DNA from: Diploschistes diacapsis
Lineage: Eukaryota
Assembly: GCA_023645945.1 (NCBI GenBank)
Contig: JALAIB010000104.1
Location: 1-32,341 of the forward strand
Reading direction: 5' to 3'
DNA length: 32,341 nucleotides
The translations under genes and the position numbers were made by a program. Positions 22,125-32,341 of this stretch are shown piece after piece. Below the pieces are notes generated by a model. It searched no databases, was not told where the DNA came from, and saw nothing but the letters and a program-made list of their open reading frames with translations. Each line of letters starts with the position of its first letter. Position 1 is the stretch's first letter.

Positions 22125-22165
22125 TGACTCAGCTTCATATTGGGGAAAAGAGCGCGTGACGTCAC
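22125..22165. promoter_or_regulatory. bZIP sites upstream of UBC9 (AP-1/Gcn4 TGACTCA and CRE GTGACGTCAC)
   Basis: TGACTCA at 22125-22131; palindromic GTGACGTCAC at 22156-22165. Confidence 0.4.
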
Positions 22166-22419
22166 CCTCCCCGTTAATTCCGTATGGGGGGATTTTCCTC
22201 CAGGTTTAGCAACCTCGATCCGGTTTAGCCTTAACGTTACTGCTTCTGTGGAAGGAATATGCCTTATATAATCTAGTCTACTTCTCTCTTTATAACAAGT
22301 ATTATTTCCATCTTTTCGAAATAGCCGGGTTTTCTTTCGAAAAGCATCGATAACAGGTTCAAATATCGTTAATAATGAAACAGGGCTGTTCATTCTTTTA
22401 CCACCCTATTACTTATCCA

Positions 22420-23803
22420 GTTGAAACTAGCTAAGCTGCGAAAAAACCATAGCAGTGGCAAGACCACTGGCGGCGAAGCGTGTATAACTGTTAATCATGT
22501 ATGTATACACGTCCTGCACGCAGATTAAAGCTCCACCGGCAAAGATAGCAATCCCTATATTGGGTATAATCCAGTGCACGTGCTAGCCCTACATGTGGCC
22601 CTGTACGCTCCTCCAAGTAAACTACAAAAGCCCAATAGGGACGAAAGTCAATCCAACGAACACGGATGGTATATGAAATTCCGGTTGACCAATGCAGTTG
22701 TTTCGTTCTTTTAGGACGCGATAAACTCGATCGATAACTCGCGAGTTGATTTACACACAGATGAAAATCCTTAAAGTCAAGAATTAAGTTGAGTCCGCTA
22801 GTACTGATGCTTTTACTATATATATCGACCCAGATCACCGGAAACGCTACCATAATTTGATAAATCGTTCCAAAAAGGTAAGCCACATGCAGTGCGATAA
22901 CATGTGCGATAGGCTGAGTAGCAAGCATATATGACGGTCGTTTCAAGGCGGCGACGACGCTACCTAGAAGACTTGTAGGTGCGCCAGTAATGTGTAAATT
23001 GTGGTTATTTGTCGCCTGATTAAGGCGTTGCTGCTTCCAAATAAGATCTGTAGGCGCATGCGTCTCGTGTAGCCAGATCAGGCTAGATACTTGAACAATG
23101 CTGGCTGCAATATTCTTTGACCAGAACGTCCAGCGTCATGTTATCTCTTCAGCGGTGAAGCCTCTAATGGTTGGTCCGACGACAATACCGAGTAACGGAG
23201 CAAGGTTATGGACCCCTACAAGCCTTTCCTCGCTGCTCTGAGGCCCAGCAGTCGCTGCAGCTTCCATATCAGCGAACAAGTCTTTTACAAGCAAAGGGTT
23301 TGGCCGGTTCCTACCTTAACCCTGCTCTTCCGACGGAAAGGGGGGCGCTTCCGCCAACGCCAGCAAGGAAGCAAAAGATAAGTATTTTTGCCTTGTTTTG
23401 TGCGAATCCGTGGCAAAGATTTTAAGCTAGGTAAATTAAACTACTGGCCTGCGACACGCGGGTACGACCAAAGACTTCTGGTATAGGACCAAAGCGAAGG
23501 GGGCCGAGCGCGCAGCCGAGGACGAAAATGGAGATGGTCTTTTCCAATTCGACATCATAACCGTTCTGCATGCCGAAAACTCGGTCCATTATCGCCAGAG
23601 CCGGTGCCATCATAGATGACGAGACGAGCGAGATGAACGCAAAGAGGGACACGAAGATGGTGAGGATCCATTTCTCCTTTACGCTCCAATTTTTTGGGTT
23701 CGCGGGATCTTCCGGTCCATCCCAGGTAAAGAGGTCTGGATCTGGTGGTTCCTTGTTGGTCATTACCACGGACAACTTGCCCATCTCAAGGTCTTGTTCT
23801 TTT
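22420..23803 (-). pseudogene. Degraded DHA1-family MFS drug/H+ antiporter
   Basis: WDGPEDPANPKNWS, SSMMAPAL, GPLRFGPIPEVFGR, FLAGVGGSAP, LHETHAP and LKRPSYMLATQPI. Premature stops at conserved Trp positions (23422-23424, 23136-23138), frameshifts, and C-terminal helices missing. Ends approximate. Confidence 0.85.
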
Positions 23804-23810
23804 AAAGTCT

Positions 23811-24278
23811 CTGCGGCAGCTTGTCCATGACGGCGCACCTGGAGATCGGTTGTTCGGCGCCGATATCGAACCTGGCTTCTGGGACTTGGGCTACGAACTC
23901 TTCTGCGATCGAGCAAAGTTTCGTGGACGCTTTGTTGGAGCGAGCCTGCTGGACGAGGACGCTGTGATATTGCTGCGCGAAGCTGTCGAGGGCTCTGTGG
24001 ATATCATGTACCTAGGCTCCGTACTACATTTATGGGACTGGGAGGACCAAGCACGCGCAGTTCGTACTATTATCGCTCTCACACGGCCGGGCTCTCAGTT
24101 CTTTGGAGCCCAGATCGGCAGAGTTACGGGAACGGCTGATCGTACCGGCTGGGATCGTGGGTCAAAGGCCATGTTCTTCCACGATACACATACATTACAA
24201 CAGCTCTGGACTCAGGTGGGGACCGAAACAAAGTCGGAATGGAGAGACAAGTCTGAGTTGGCTGATAACATTAGATAA
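23811..24278 (+). pseudogene. 5'-truncated fungal SAM methyltransferase (AusD/Trt5/AdrK-like)
   Basis: LRQLVHDGAP..RLFGADI...FWDLGYELFCD, DIMYLGSVLHLWDWEDQ, RPGS.FFGAQIG, MFFHD..TLQQLW. The SAM motif I (LDxGCxxGQD) and all upstream sequence are absent, and there is no ATG before the homologous part. Confidence 0.75.
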
Positions 24279-24532
24279 AAGAAGAATCATCGATTAATAT
24301 ACTAAAATTGCCTATTTTGCTTGTGACTATGCGTGCTTGTCCTCGCGGACGTCTCTTATCGTCGCTTCAATGCCTACTGCACGCAATCAGACCACTCCCG
24401 TGGCGGAAGAGCTTGCCGGCTGACCTGCACAGGGTATATATCACCTGTACCATCGATCCTAAAACAGGAAAGAACTCTTTCGTATCTTTTTCGCTTGAAC
24501 AGGACAAGGGTAAGCTTCGAAAATAGCTACTG

Positions 24533-25900
24533 ATGCTCTCGAAACAGAATCGAGCATGCAATACTGCTCCGGAGCCTCCTCAGCTCATCCCCTCTCCCGC
24601 TAGGAACCCCCCTGCAAACGCAATCAAACCCCTCCGCATCCTCTTCGCATCCATAAGCTGCTTCCGCAGCGGCAAGGTATCCTCTTTTACCTACTCCACA
24701 ACAGACAGTTGCCCGAAGCCAGACACAACAGGCTCGATGCAGGAGACCCACGCAGATGTCCAATCCCGCTCCCAACCCAAGAGAGAACGAAAAGTAATTA
24801 AAATAGTAAATAAAGAAAACTCAGCAGCAAAGACGACCGGATACGTCAAGAGAAGTATCGAATCAAGAAGAAGGATCAACACGGGGTGAAAATCAGCATC
24901 GGAGATTAGGGAAGCGAGGGAATAAACAGTGAGTACAGACGAACCGCAGGAAGGAGAAACAGAAGATGAGTAAGAAGAGGAAGCAGATGAAGAAGAAGTG
25001 TATTTAGCGTTACAGTCAATGCAGATGGAAAACAGATTTAAAAGAAAAGTAGAAGAAAGATATTTACAAGATTCTGGACCTGGCTTGCGTTAAGAGGAAG
25101 AGATCGATATCATCATATCTTCAAAGGTCGGCGACGCTATCCAAGAGATTCTTGATGCTCGAGAGTTTGCGTCATTTGAAATTGAGATTGCCTTCGAATT
25201 TAAGTTGACAATTAGCTTAAAGCTTGAAAGACTATACCTTATATGAAAGTATGATCTTGATCTTTATTTATTTGAAGCAATCGTGACTCTTTTAAACGAA
25301 TTGCTTGAAGCAGACCACATTGCCTATGTCAAACATACCGCTATTGTCCGTTCCAACACCCAAAGGAGCAACAGCATCTTTCACGATCTCGAGTATTTCG
25401 GTTTATAATCATCCAGCCGTATCCTCAACCTGCTCAGTCGGCCTTGGATAAGTATTTAAAGAGTAGTCTTTCACTTACCTTGAAAGCCAGAAGCGATTTA
25501 TGTCTTTCCGACGAAAGCTCTCGCAAACGTAAAGTTAATTCGAGTTTCCTCCGGTTTAGAGGTCGTATCATTCTCCTCTGTCTCTAATGTTTTTTTCCCG
25601 TTCGAATTATCGACGAAAATGGAAAGAAAGACCGATGCAAGAGCAGCGTTAGCGCAGATACGCTTGAAAGATAAAGAATGCAAGAGATTTCGAATATGAA
25701 TGCAGGAAAAAGACGTATACGAATTTAGGTAATTACTGCTTTCCTGATTTCCTTAAGCGCGAAACCTATTCCTATATTAAAAGTATTGAAATAGTTGAAT
25801 GGCTGAGCGTAATGGAGAGCCAGGGAGTAATAATTAATGTTACCCCAACTAAGCTTTTTTTATACTGGCAATAAGGAAACGCTGTTAAGACGAGAAGCGC
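24533..25900 (+). pseudogene. Long decayed reading frame with RIP-like stops; probable transposon or repeat relic
   Basis: One frame from 24533 to ~25459 is interrupted only by TAA/TGA (24887, 24923, 24971, 25091, 25244, 25406, 25457). It is AT/TpA-rich with an acidic tract. Family not recognised; right end approximate. Confidence 0.5.
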
Positions 25901-26376
25901 GCCGTTTAACGCAGCAAATCACTGTTTAGCGGGACGTAATCCAAACTCAACACTTTCTACAAGCAAATTCAGCAATCGTGCTTTCAACACGAGCTGCGAT
26001 CTGAATAAAAACGGGTAGAGCGACAATGGCAGCAAGAGACGCATCTTGCACCACTCGGTGGCTCGCACTATCCCTCTGATTCACGGCCTCTGCACTATCC
26101 CTCTTAGTGTCGTATTCTGTGACAACTGACGACAATCAAGAAAATGTCTATTGCGAAGAATATCTTGCGCTGACACCTTCGATGTTTGGCGCTTTTGGTG
26201 TCGGCTTACGTTACGGTCAGGTCTACCCTATATTGACATCTCCTCTTAGACGTGGAAGGTAGCTATTATCAACTCTCATCGGAGTACGTAATAGAGGAAG
26301 CTCGAGATTGTTTCCTTGGTGGAAGCATTAAGCATAGAACTCTCTAGCGCCATCGTCCGTTTTAAAGCAGAATAGT

Positions 26377-26420
26377 CGAAAAGCCGAAAAGCCGAAAGCC
26401 GAAAAGCCGAAAAGCCGAAC
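26377..26420 (+). repeat. Tandem 8-mer (CGAAAAGC) x ~5.5
   Basis: cgaaaagc cgaaaagc cgaaagc cgaaaagc cgaaaagc cgaa, with one 7-nt unit. Confidence 0.9.
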
Positions 26421-26577
26421 CCGTTTTTCAATACACAAAGCAAGCTAGTCTCAATGGAGATGTGAGCTCCTCATGCGCGTAAAACTAATCTCAACGCGTT
26501 ACTAGACATATACAATACTTCTTGAACCCTCATCCTTAATCAGTGTGCCTTCTCTTCCTTCTTTCTTCTGTATTACA

Positions 26578-27298
26578 ATGTTCGCGTTCGCCTCGCCATC
26601 CTTTCAGCAAAGCTTCTATCCTTTCAATCAAACGCCACTCTCTCCGCTCAACCCCAATGCACAGCGTCCGGTGCCTAGGCCGGACATGCTGCATAACAAA
26701 TCATCGAATACAATTTTGGCAAGGAAACCAGGATTCTTCTCATCGCCAAGAGTCTCGCAAAGGCCAAGTCTCACTCGCCGCGATCCGCAGAAGGAGCGCG
26801 AAAAGCGCCGTTTCCAATTCCTGAATAAAGTCAAAGAGAAAGGAGATGAGAAGAGGTTCGAGGAAAGAAACGAGCAGGTGAGCCGCTCATATTTCTCTGC
26901 CTTCATCTTTGTGTCATATTGACGCACCATCCCAGCTGCAACGCCTTGATGCAATAGCAGAGCGTAGAGCTTGGGAACAACAGCTAGAAGAGGAGGCTGC
27001 GCAATGGAGTGTGGGTCTCGATGGCGAAGAAGAGATGTCTGACAAAGGGGACCGAATGATTGAGGAGTTCATTTCCCAGGAAGAGCTCGAGTTTGAAGCC
27101 ATAATGTCCTCCATGGGAGGGCCATCTTCAGAGCATGTCAACCCGACCGTAGAACGGGAGATGAGTGGCTACAGCAGCGAGGACGAGGAATACGACGCGT
27201 TAATGATGCAAGCGTTGCTTCAGGCTGAGGGCTGTAAAGACAATCCAAACACTTCACTATCAGATGACGATGGGAACATGGATATGTCAATGGGGTAA
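26578..27298 (+). CDS. Hypothetical protein (S/P-rich N-terminus, basic helix, acidic C-terminus); exons 26578-26877, 26936-27298
   Basis: Good start context ACAATG. Intron 26878-26935 (GTGAGC...TTGAC...CAG) joins two ORFs in frame. Contains RRFQFLNKVKEKGDEKRFE and YSSEDEEYDALMM. Confidence 0.72.
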
Positions 27299-27530
27299 GT
27301 TGTACAGTGACTTCTCAAATTCAAGACCCTGGCATCTGTGGAACAGCTTGAGGAAGCTGCTTTCTTAAACGAACCATATGGAGGCTTGGATGGCTATGTT
27401 AGACTACAAGAGCTGAGAATGACGGTTCGTGAAACCACCGCGGAGCGCTTTGAGATTAACGTTTTGTCAAGCCATGCGTCATATTACGATACCACCCGTA
27501 TGTTGTTTCCAAATTCAGAACATGCTGTTT

Positions 27531-28699
27531 TCATTGCTGTGGGCAATCTGGCCCTAGACCTCCCAATGCCTCTTGTGCATCCTTCATATCCCCTATAAGA
27601 TCCTGTGGAGGGCTCCCAGCGGCTTGCATCTACAGTACGTTAGCACACGCGGCCCTCCTTTCTAAAACCGCCTCTGTCCGAAGCTTAACAGGACAGTCCT
27701 GGCTTACCTTCTGCATCCTCTCCACAATGAACTCCCTATCTTGGGGATTCTCATCACTATATCCCTGTCTCTCGAACCTCGCTACAATCTCCTCCACCAG
27801 CCCCTGCTGCTCCTTATACCTCCTCATATCCTCCTTAGGCACCTTGCCCTCGTTCGCCTTCATCCAGTCCGGAAACTTAGTGTCCAACTCCTTCATTGGC
27901 TCGTACAGTATGTCCTTATTCGTCAACTGTTCCATCATGCCCATCAACATCTTCGAGAACTCCTCTTCCGAAGCCTCGCCGCCGCCGCCAGCCACCTCCT
28001 TGAGCAGCTGAGCAAGCATGTCCTCCTCGGACACGCCACCTTGCTGGGCAGCGGCACTCGCCTGCTGGCCCGACTCAGCCATCCGTTCCATCGTCCGTCG
28101 GATCGTGTCCGTGAAGGCGGGCTCGGCCGCGGCGGAGGCGCCTCCAGATTGTTGTGATGCTTCTTTCGCAGTAGCGCTTCGATCCCCTCCGTCTGCTGCC
28201 TTGGTCGGGTCCTTCCCTTCTTCATCCTCCTCCAGTGCTCGCTCGGCGCCTGCCGTCAGCTCACCCATGAGCTCTTCCAGCTGCCGGCGCATCTCGGGCG
28301 ACTCGTCGATCTCGCCCAGCAGAGCCGCCATCTCTTTCTGCAGCTTGTTGGAGAAATCGGCGTCATGGCTTGGATCCTTGGCGGATGCGCTAGGATTTGG
28401 AAGGGCAGGATGGTGGGGTCTGCTGGTCGGGGCTGCGGAGGAAGGCCGGCCGGGTCCGGACGCGGCCACAGAGGTGGCAGAAAAATCATCGAGCAGATCT
28501 GAGGATATCAGGGATATGATGGTAGCTAGAGAGCGCGGAAGAGGACCGACACACCATCCAGCTCGTCTAAATTATCTTCGTCTGGGTCGGGAACCTCTTC
28601 TGTTTGTGCTGCAGTGGGTGCGGGCGCCTCAGATGGAGCTGGCGTAGCAGATGCAACTTCAACTTTTGATTCCGTCTTTTCAATGCCCTGTTCTGCCAT
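27531..28699 (-). CDS. PEX19: Peroxin Pex19; exons 28699-28555, 28498-27708, 27629-27531
   Basis: N-terminal Pex3-binding DEDNLDELDDLLDDF, MMEQLTNKDILYEPMKEL..KFPDW, MQKMQAAGSPPQDL and C-terminal CaaX box CPQQ. Confidence 0.95.
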
Positions 28700-28972
28700 C
28701 CTCTCTTTCTTAGTAACAGAATGCTCCCAGACAAAATAAAGGGCGCTGCAAGAACCTCTGAATTGGCCAATATTGACTTGTGGCTTGGCATAGGCGAGTG
28801 CACATCTATGAGGTCATAGCATGTCTTCGAATGTTTGTGGAAGCAAGTTGCGGAACCTGGGGCGACAGAAGTAACGATGACTGCAGTGAGGGCTCGTTTC
28901 GACCTCTATTTATCAATATCCAAGTGAGTTGAGATACGTCGCAAAAGCTTCGTCACTGGTTGCTCTCCCTCA

Positions 28973-29050
28973 GGGTTGCAAAAAGATCGAACCTCGGCAC
29001 TTCCCCTCGTGAAGAGAAACAGGAAAGCTCTAACTAGACTTTTACAACAT
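28973..29050 (-). other. Degenerate tRNA-like element (Val-CAC-like pseudogene or SINE head)
   Basis: The minus strand has GTCTAGT (D-arm-like), stem TTCTC/GGGGA around a 7-nt loop TTCACGA, B-box-like GGTTCGATC and end pairing GTTGT/GCAAC. T-stem and acceptor stem are imperfect. Confidence 0.25.
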
Positions 29051-29276
29051 GCCATTCCTGGCTTATGAATATCATAGTTCGCTCGGTATTGGACCTTGGC
29101 AATACTCTCCGGCGTACGAGTTATAATAATATTATCTCATCCTACCTCTAAAGATAGGTAACCAGCGTACCAAAAGCATTCCATATATATACAGCCTGCC
29201 GCTACCGGTTGAGCTACCACGGAAGCCTGCCGGTGACCCAACTTTCCACAGTATATCTACCACACCGCCATCTATC

Positions 29277-30506
29277 ATGGCCTCCATCACCCCTTACCAA
29301 ATCTCCGTCCCCGACACGCAAATCGCCGACCTCAAGCAGCGCCTCTCCCTCTCGCGCTTTCCCAACGAGCTCGAGGACTCTGGGCGGGCCATGGGCCCCC
29401 CCCTCGCCGAGATTAAGCGACTCGCCCACGCCTGGCAACACACCTACGATTGGCGGCGCACCGAAGCCAAACTCAACGCCTCGCTTCCGCAATTTACCAC
29501 CGCAATTGCCGTCCCCAATTTCTCCCCGCTACAGCTACACTTCGTGCATGCGCGCTCCCCACGGGCCGCCGCTATCCCGCTGCTCTTCGTGCACGGCTGG
29601 CCCGGATCCTTCTATGAGGCGCACAAGCTGCTCCCGTTGCTGACGCAGGACGCGGATCCGGGTCTACCATCCTTCCACGTCGTCGTGCCGTCGCTGCCAA
29701 ACTTCGGCTTCTCCGAGGGCGTCGTGAAGCGCGGGTTCGGGCTGAAGCAGTACGCGCAGGCCATGCACGCGCTCATGGGGGCGCTCGGGTACGCTGAGTA
29801 CGTGACGCAGGGCGGCGACTGGGGGAGCATGATCACGCGGACTATGGCGACGCTTTACCCGGAGGCTGTGCGGACGGCACACATCAATATGCCTGCCTGC
29901 GGCATGCCGCGGCCGTGGCGCAACCCGCTAGTGTTCCTACATGGTATGCTGGGCTTGGTGTTCGGGAAGGATAGGACGGATCTGGAGTATTCGCAGCGGT
30001 ACGAGAACGAAATGAGCGGATACCTAAAGCAGCAGGATACCAGGCCACAGACGCTGGGCTATGCGCTGGCGGATAGCCCCGTCGGCCTGCTGGCGTGGGT
30101 CTACGAGAAGCTGTATGAGTGGACGGACGAGTATCCCTGGACGGACGACGAAATTCTCACGTGGATCTCTATCTACGCTTTCAGCACGGCCGGTCCGGCT
30201 GCTAGCGTGAGGATCTATTACGAAAGCGTGCATCCGGCGCCGGGAGGCATTTCGAGAGAGGAGTCGTTGCTAGGTCCGGTACAAACGGATGTGCCGCTTG
30301 CGCTGGCGTATTTTCCCAAAGAGATCATCAGGTTGCCAAAGAGCTGGGGGTATACGATTGGAAATGTGGTGCAGCTGAGCGAGTTTGAGCGGGGAGGGCA
30401 TTTTGCGGCGTTTGAGGTGCCGGAGTTGCTAGTGAGCGATTTACGGAAGTTGTTTGGAAAAAAGGGGGCGAGCTTTGAGGTTGTGAAGGGGTCAAGGGGT
30501 TTTTGA
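29277..30506 (+). CDS. Epoxide hydrolase (microsomal/fungal EHN-type alpha/beta hydrolase)
   Basis: EHN N-terminus (DLKQRL..SRFP, YDWR), HGWPGS oxyanion motif, SLPNFGFS, QGGDWG nucleophile, DSPVGLLAW and ERGGHFAA. Intronless; TATA-like run near 29183. Confidence 0.93.
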   Translation: MASITPYQISVPDTQIADLKQRLSLSRFPNELEDSGRAMGPPLAEIKRLAHAWQHTYDWRRTEAKLNASLPQFTTAIAVPNFSPLQLHFVHARSPRAAAIPLLFVHGWPGSFYEAHKLLPLLTQDADPGLPSFHVVVPSLPNFGFSEGVVKRGFGLKQYAQAMHALMGALGYAEYVTQGGDWGSMITRTMATLYPEAVRTAHINMPACGMPRPWRNPLVFLHGMLGLVFGKDRTDLEYSQRYENEMSGYLKQQDTRPQTLGYALADSPVGLLAWVYEKLYEWTDEYPWTDDEILTWISIYAFSTAGPAASVRIYYESVHPAPGGISREESLLGPVQTDVPLALAYFPKEIIRLPKSWGYTIGNVVQLSEFERGGHFAAFEVPELLVSDLRKLFGKKGASFEVVKGSRGF

Positions 30507-31011
30507 GTAAGGGGAGGGAAAGGGGGTTTGGAAGAATATACTATGGTCAGATGGGAGCAGCCACTACAGAATAGGCCAAGCTTCTTTGATGCACGGAAAC
30601 ATCGATATATGTAACTAGTTTCTGACTTAAACAGAGAGTAGTAAGACCGATTATTGAAAGCCCTCTGCCGTCTGAACAAGGCGAGAAGCGAATTATTAGT
30701 ATATATCAAAAAAGGGCGACAAGCAACAAGAGCTCCAGAATGATTGGCTACCAAAATGTAAATTTTGGCGTACAGAAAAACTCCGGGAGTATCGATCAAT
30801 CAAATATCAGAGTCCATAAAGGTTAAAGTTCATTAAAGCACACATTCATTAAAGGTCAGAGCCGATGTTACAGGTTGTTCTCCATCCATTTCTGTTAATA
30901 GATAAAGTTCAGGGTATGATCTTAATCAGCCTCGACAGTATAATTTCCATCAACAAGCCCATCTTCAAGCCTTTTACAGTTAAACTTCACCAATAGACGA
31001 GATAGCCCCTT

Positions 31012-31790
31012 ATGAGCTTCCTAATTAGGGCAAACGTTGCTGTCCTCCTTTCGCTTTTCTGCAAGTGTCTATCTGATGATAGAATTTGGCACTAAGACTG
31101 ACTCTCGGCACAGCACTGGCCATGGCCGAAACGGAACTTGCGCTTAGAGGCCCAAGCTCACTATGACCGGCTCATATACACCCATGGCATTTTGGCATGT
31201 GTGACTTGGGTCTTCCTGGCACCTATGGGCGCTGTTATTCTGCGCCTAGTGAAAGGCCACATGACAATCTATGTGCATAGTATCTGGCAAACCCTACATA
31301 CATTATCTTTGCTGTTGCCGTTGGTATGAGATACTGGATGGCGTGGACTGTTGACAAGGTTAATTTGGCAAGCTATTCTGGAAAAGTATAATATTGACTT
31401 TGGTTAGCTCAAAGAATAGCACCCTGTTGTGGGCCTTTTCGTGTTAACCTTACAACATTGCAATAACAACATTGCAGCAAGCTGCAGGACCTCTGGCTTT
31501 CATGTTGTACAAACAGTATCGGAGGCCCCAACGTAGAAACCGGGCATATAGTTCATGGTATTGGACTGATCACACTCGGCATAATCAACGGAGGCATGGG
31601 TATCGTCTGTGCTGGCAATGCCGTTCCGCAAGCACCCCTTGGGGTCTATGGTCTCACTGCCGTCATCGTCTGAGTCCTCTATATATTCTGGGCTTAGGGT
31701 TCATTGTACAGACGGGCAAGAGCCGTTATATATAATAGTTTCCCAATGGTAAAGGCGGATGGCGCGCAAGGATCGTCAATATATCGCAGC
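31012..31790 (+). pseudogene. Degraded cytochrome b561-domain membrane protein
   Basis: THGILACVTWVFLAPMGAVILR, YVHSIWQ, HPVVGL and LITLGIINGGMGI lie in different frames with in-frame TAG/TGA stops. Signal-peptide-like first exon at 31012. Right end approximate. Confidence 0.7.
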
Positions 31791-32341
31791 AACGCGGTAG
31801 CCGTCCATGAAACTTGGCTTTTGATTTTATTCAAGCTCTAATGAGGTATGATATGCGGTATTCTCTAATCTGATGCTTGAGTTCCTCTCTGTAATGCCAG
31901 AATTGTCGTAGTTTAATGTTCTTGTGCCTGGTGATGCTACTAGTAAGTAAAAGGTCTGAACAGGTCGTTGAGCTAGGACCAGCTTAGGTAATCCCAGGGC
32001 GATTCGGGAGCACCACCTGCTCCCCACCCCGGTCACATATAGTGTGTCTGCCAAGCTGTTTAGCTCATATCTAGCTCCCATAGTAATTAGTATGCATTAC
32101 ATATACGAGCCACACTGCGTCACAAGCGTGCCATCTCCGATGCATCCATGTACATCACAAAAAGTTGATTTCAAAACAAACGCGGATTGGATCCGCCTAA
32201 ATAACTATATAGGAGGCCAAATCTCTATGTAGAAATGCCGTAAAAGATCAAAACTGATTAGATTAGGGCTTTGAAGCCCTCTGCGCCCCAATATGGCCCC
32301 CAAAAAGCAGTCACCACACCCCCTATCCAGCCCCTATACCC

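Noticed and set aside
22063..25933. 10-bp direct repeat GTTTAGCGGG (22063-72 and 25924-33) bracketing the decayed block, as a possible target-site duplication
   Set aside because: A match this short is plausible by chance, no terminal inverted repeats are adjacent, and the left copy lies within the apparent UBC9 promoter.
26065..26104. 13-bp direct repeat GCACTATCCCTCT with a 27-bp period
   Set aside because: Only two copies, so a simple local duplication; not CRISPR-like, and the context is eukaryotic.
26377..26420. Tandem repeat considered as a CRISPR or iteron array
   Set aside because: No spacers, 8-bp unit, fungal genome.
32293..32341. Possible gene start ATGGCCCCCAAAAAG (MAPKKQSP...) at the right edge
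   Set aside because: Only 16 codons are visible, which is insufficient evidence.

Overview
This is eukaryotic, intron-containing DNA from a filamentous ascomycete (Pezizomycotina-type short GT-AG introns). It holds 14 apparently intact protein-coding genes. At the left end is a tight three-gene cluster for consecutive steps of the fungal protocatechuate branch of the beta-ketoadipate pathway: PrcA-type intradiol dioxygenase, 3-carboxy-cis,cis-muconate cyclase and ChdA-type carboxymuconolactone hydrolase/decarboxylase. These are followed by MYG1, ICE2, palA/RIM20, an FAD-dependent monooxygenase, a 4-exon YCII-domain gene the ORF track largely misses, asparagine synthetase, a SAM methyltransferase, UBC9, a hypothetical protein, PEX19 and an epoxide hydrolase. 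A decayed block at ~22.4-25.9 kb contains an MFS pseudogene joined head-to-head to a 5'-truncated methyltransferase, plus a long RIP-like mutated reading frame. A cytochrome b561 pseudogene lies near the right end. Less obvious signals: a candidate intron-hosted structured ncRNA (H/ACA-snoRNA-like) between ICE2 and palA, kb-scale C-rich-to-G-rich skew domains in a subset of genes, and a degenerate tRNA-Val(CAC)-like element. Exon boundaries were read by eye and family assignments come from recalled motifs; no database search was run.
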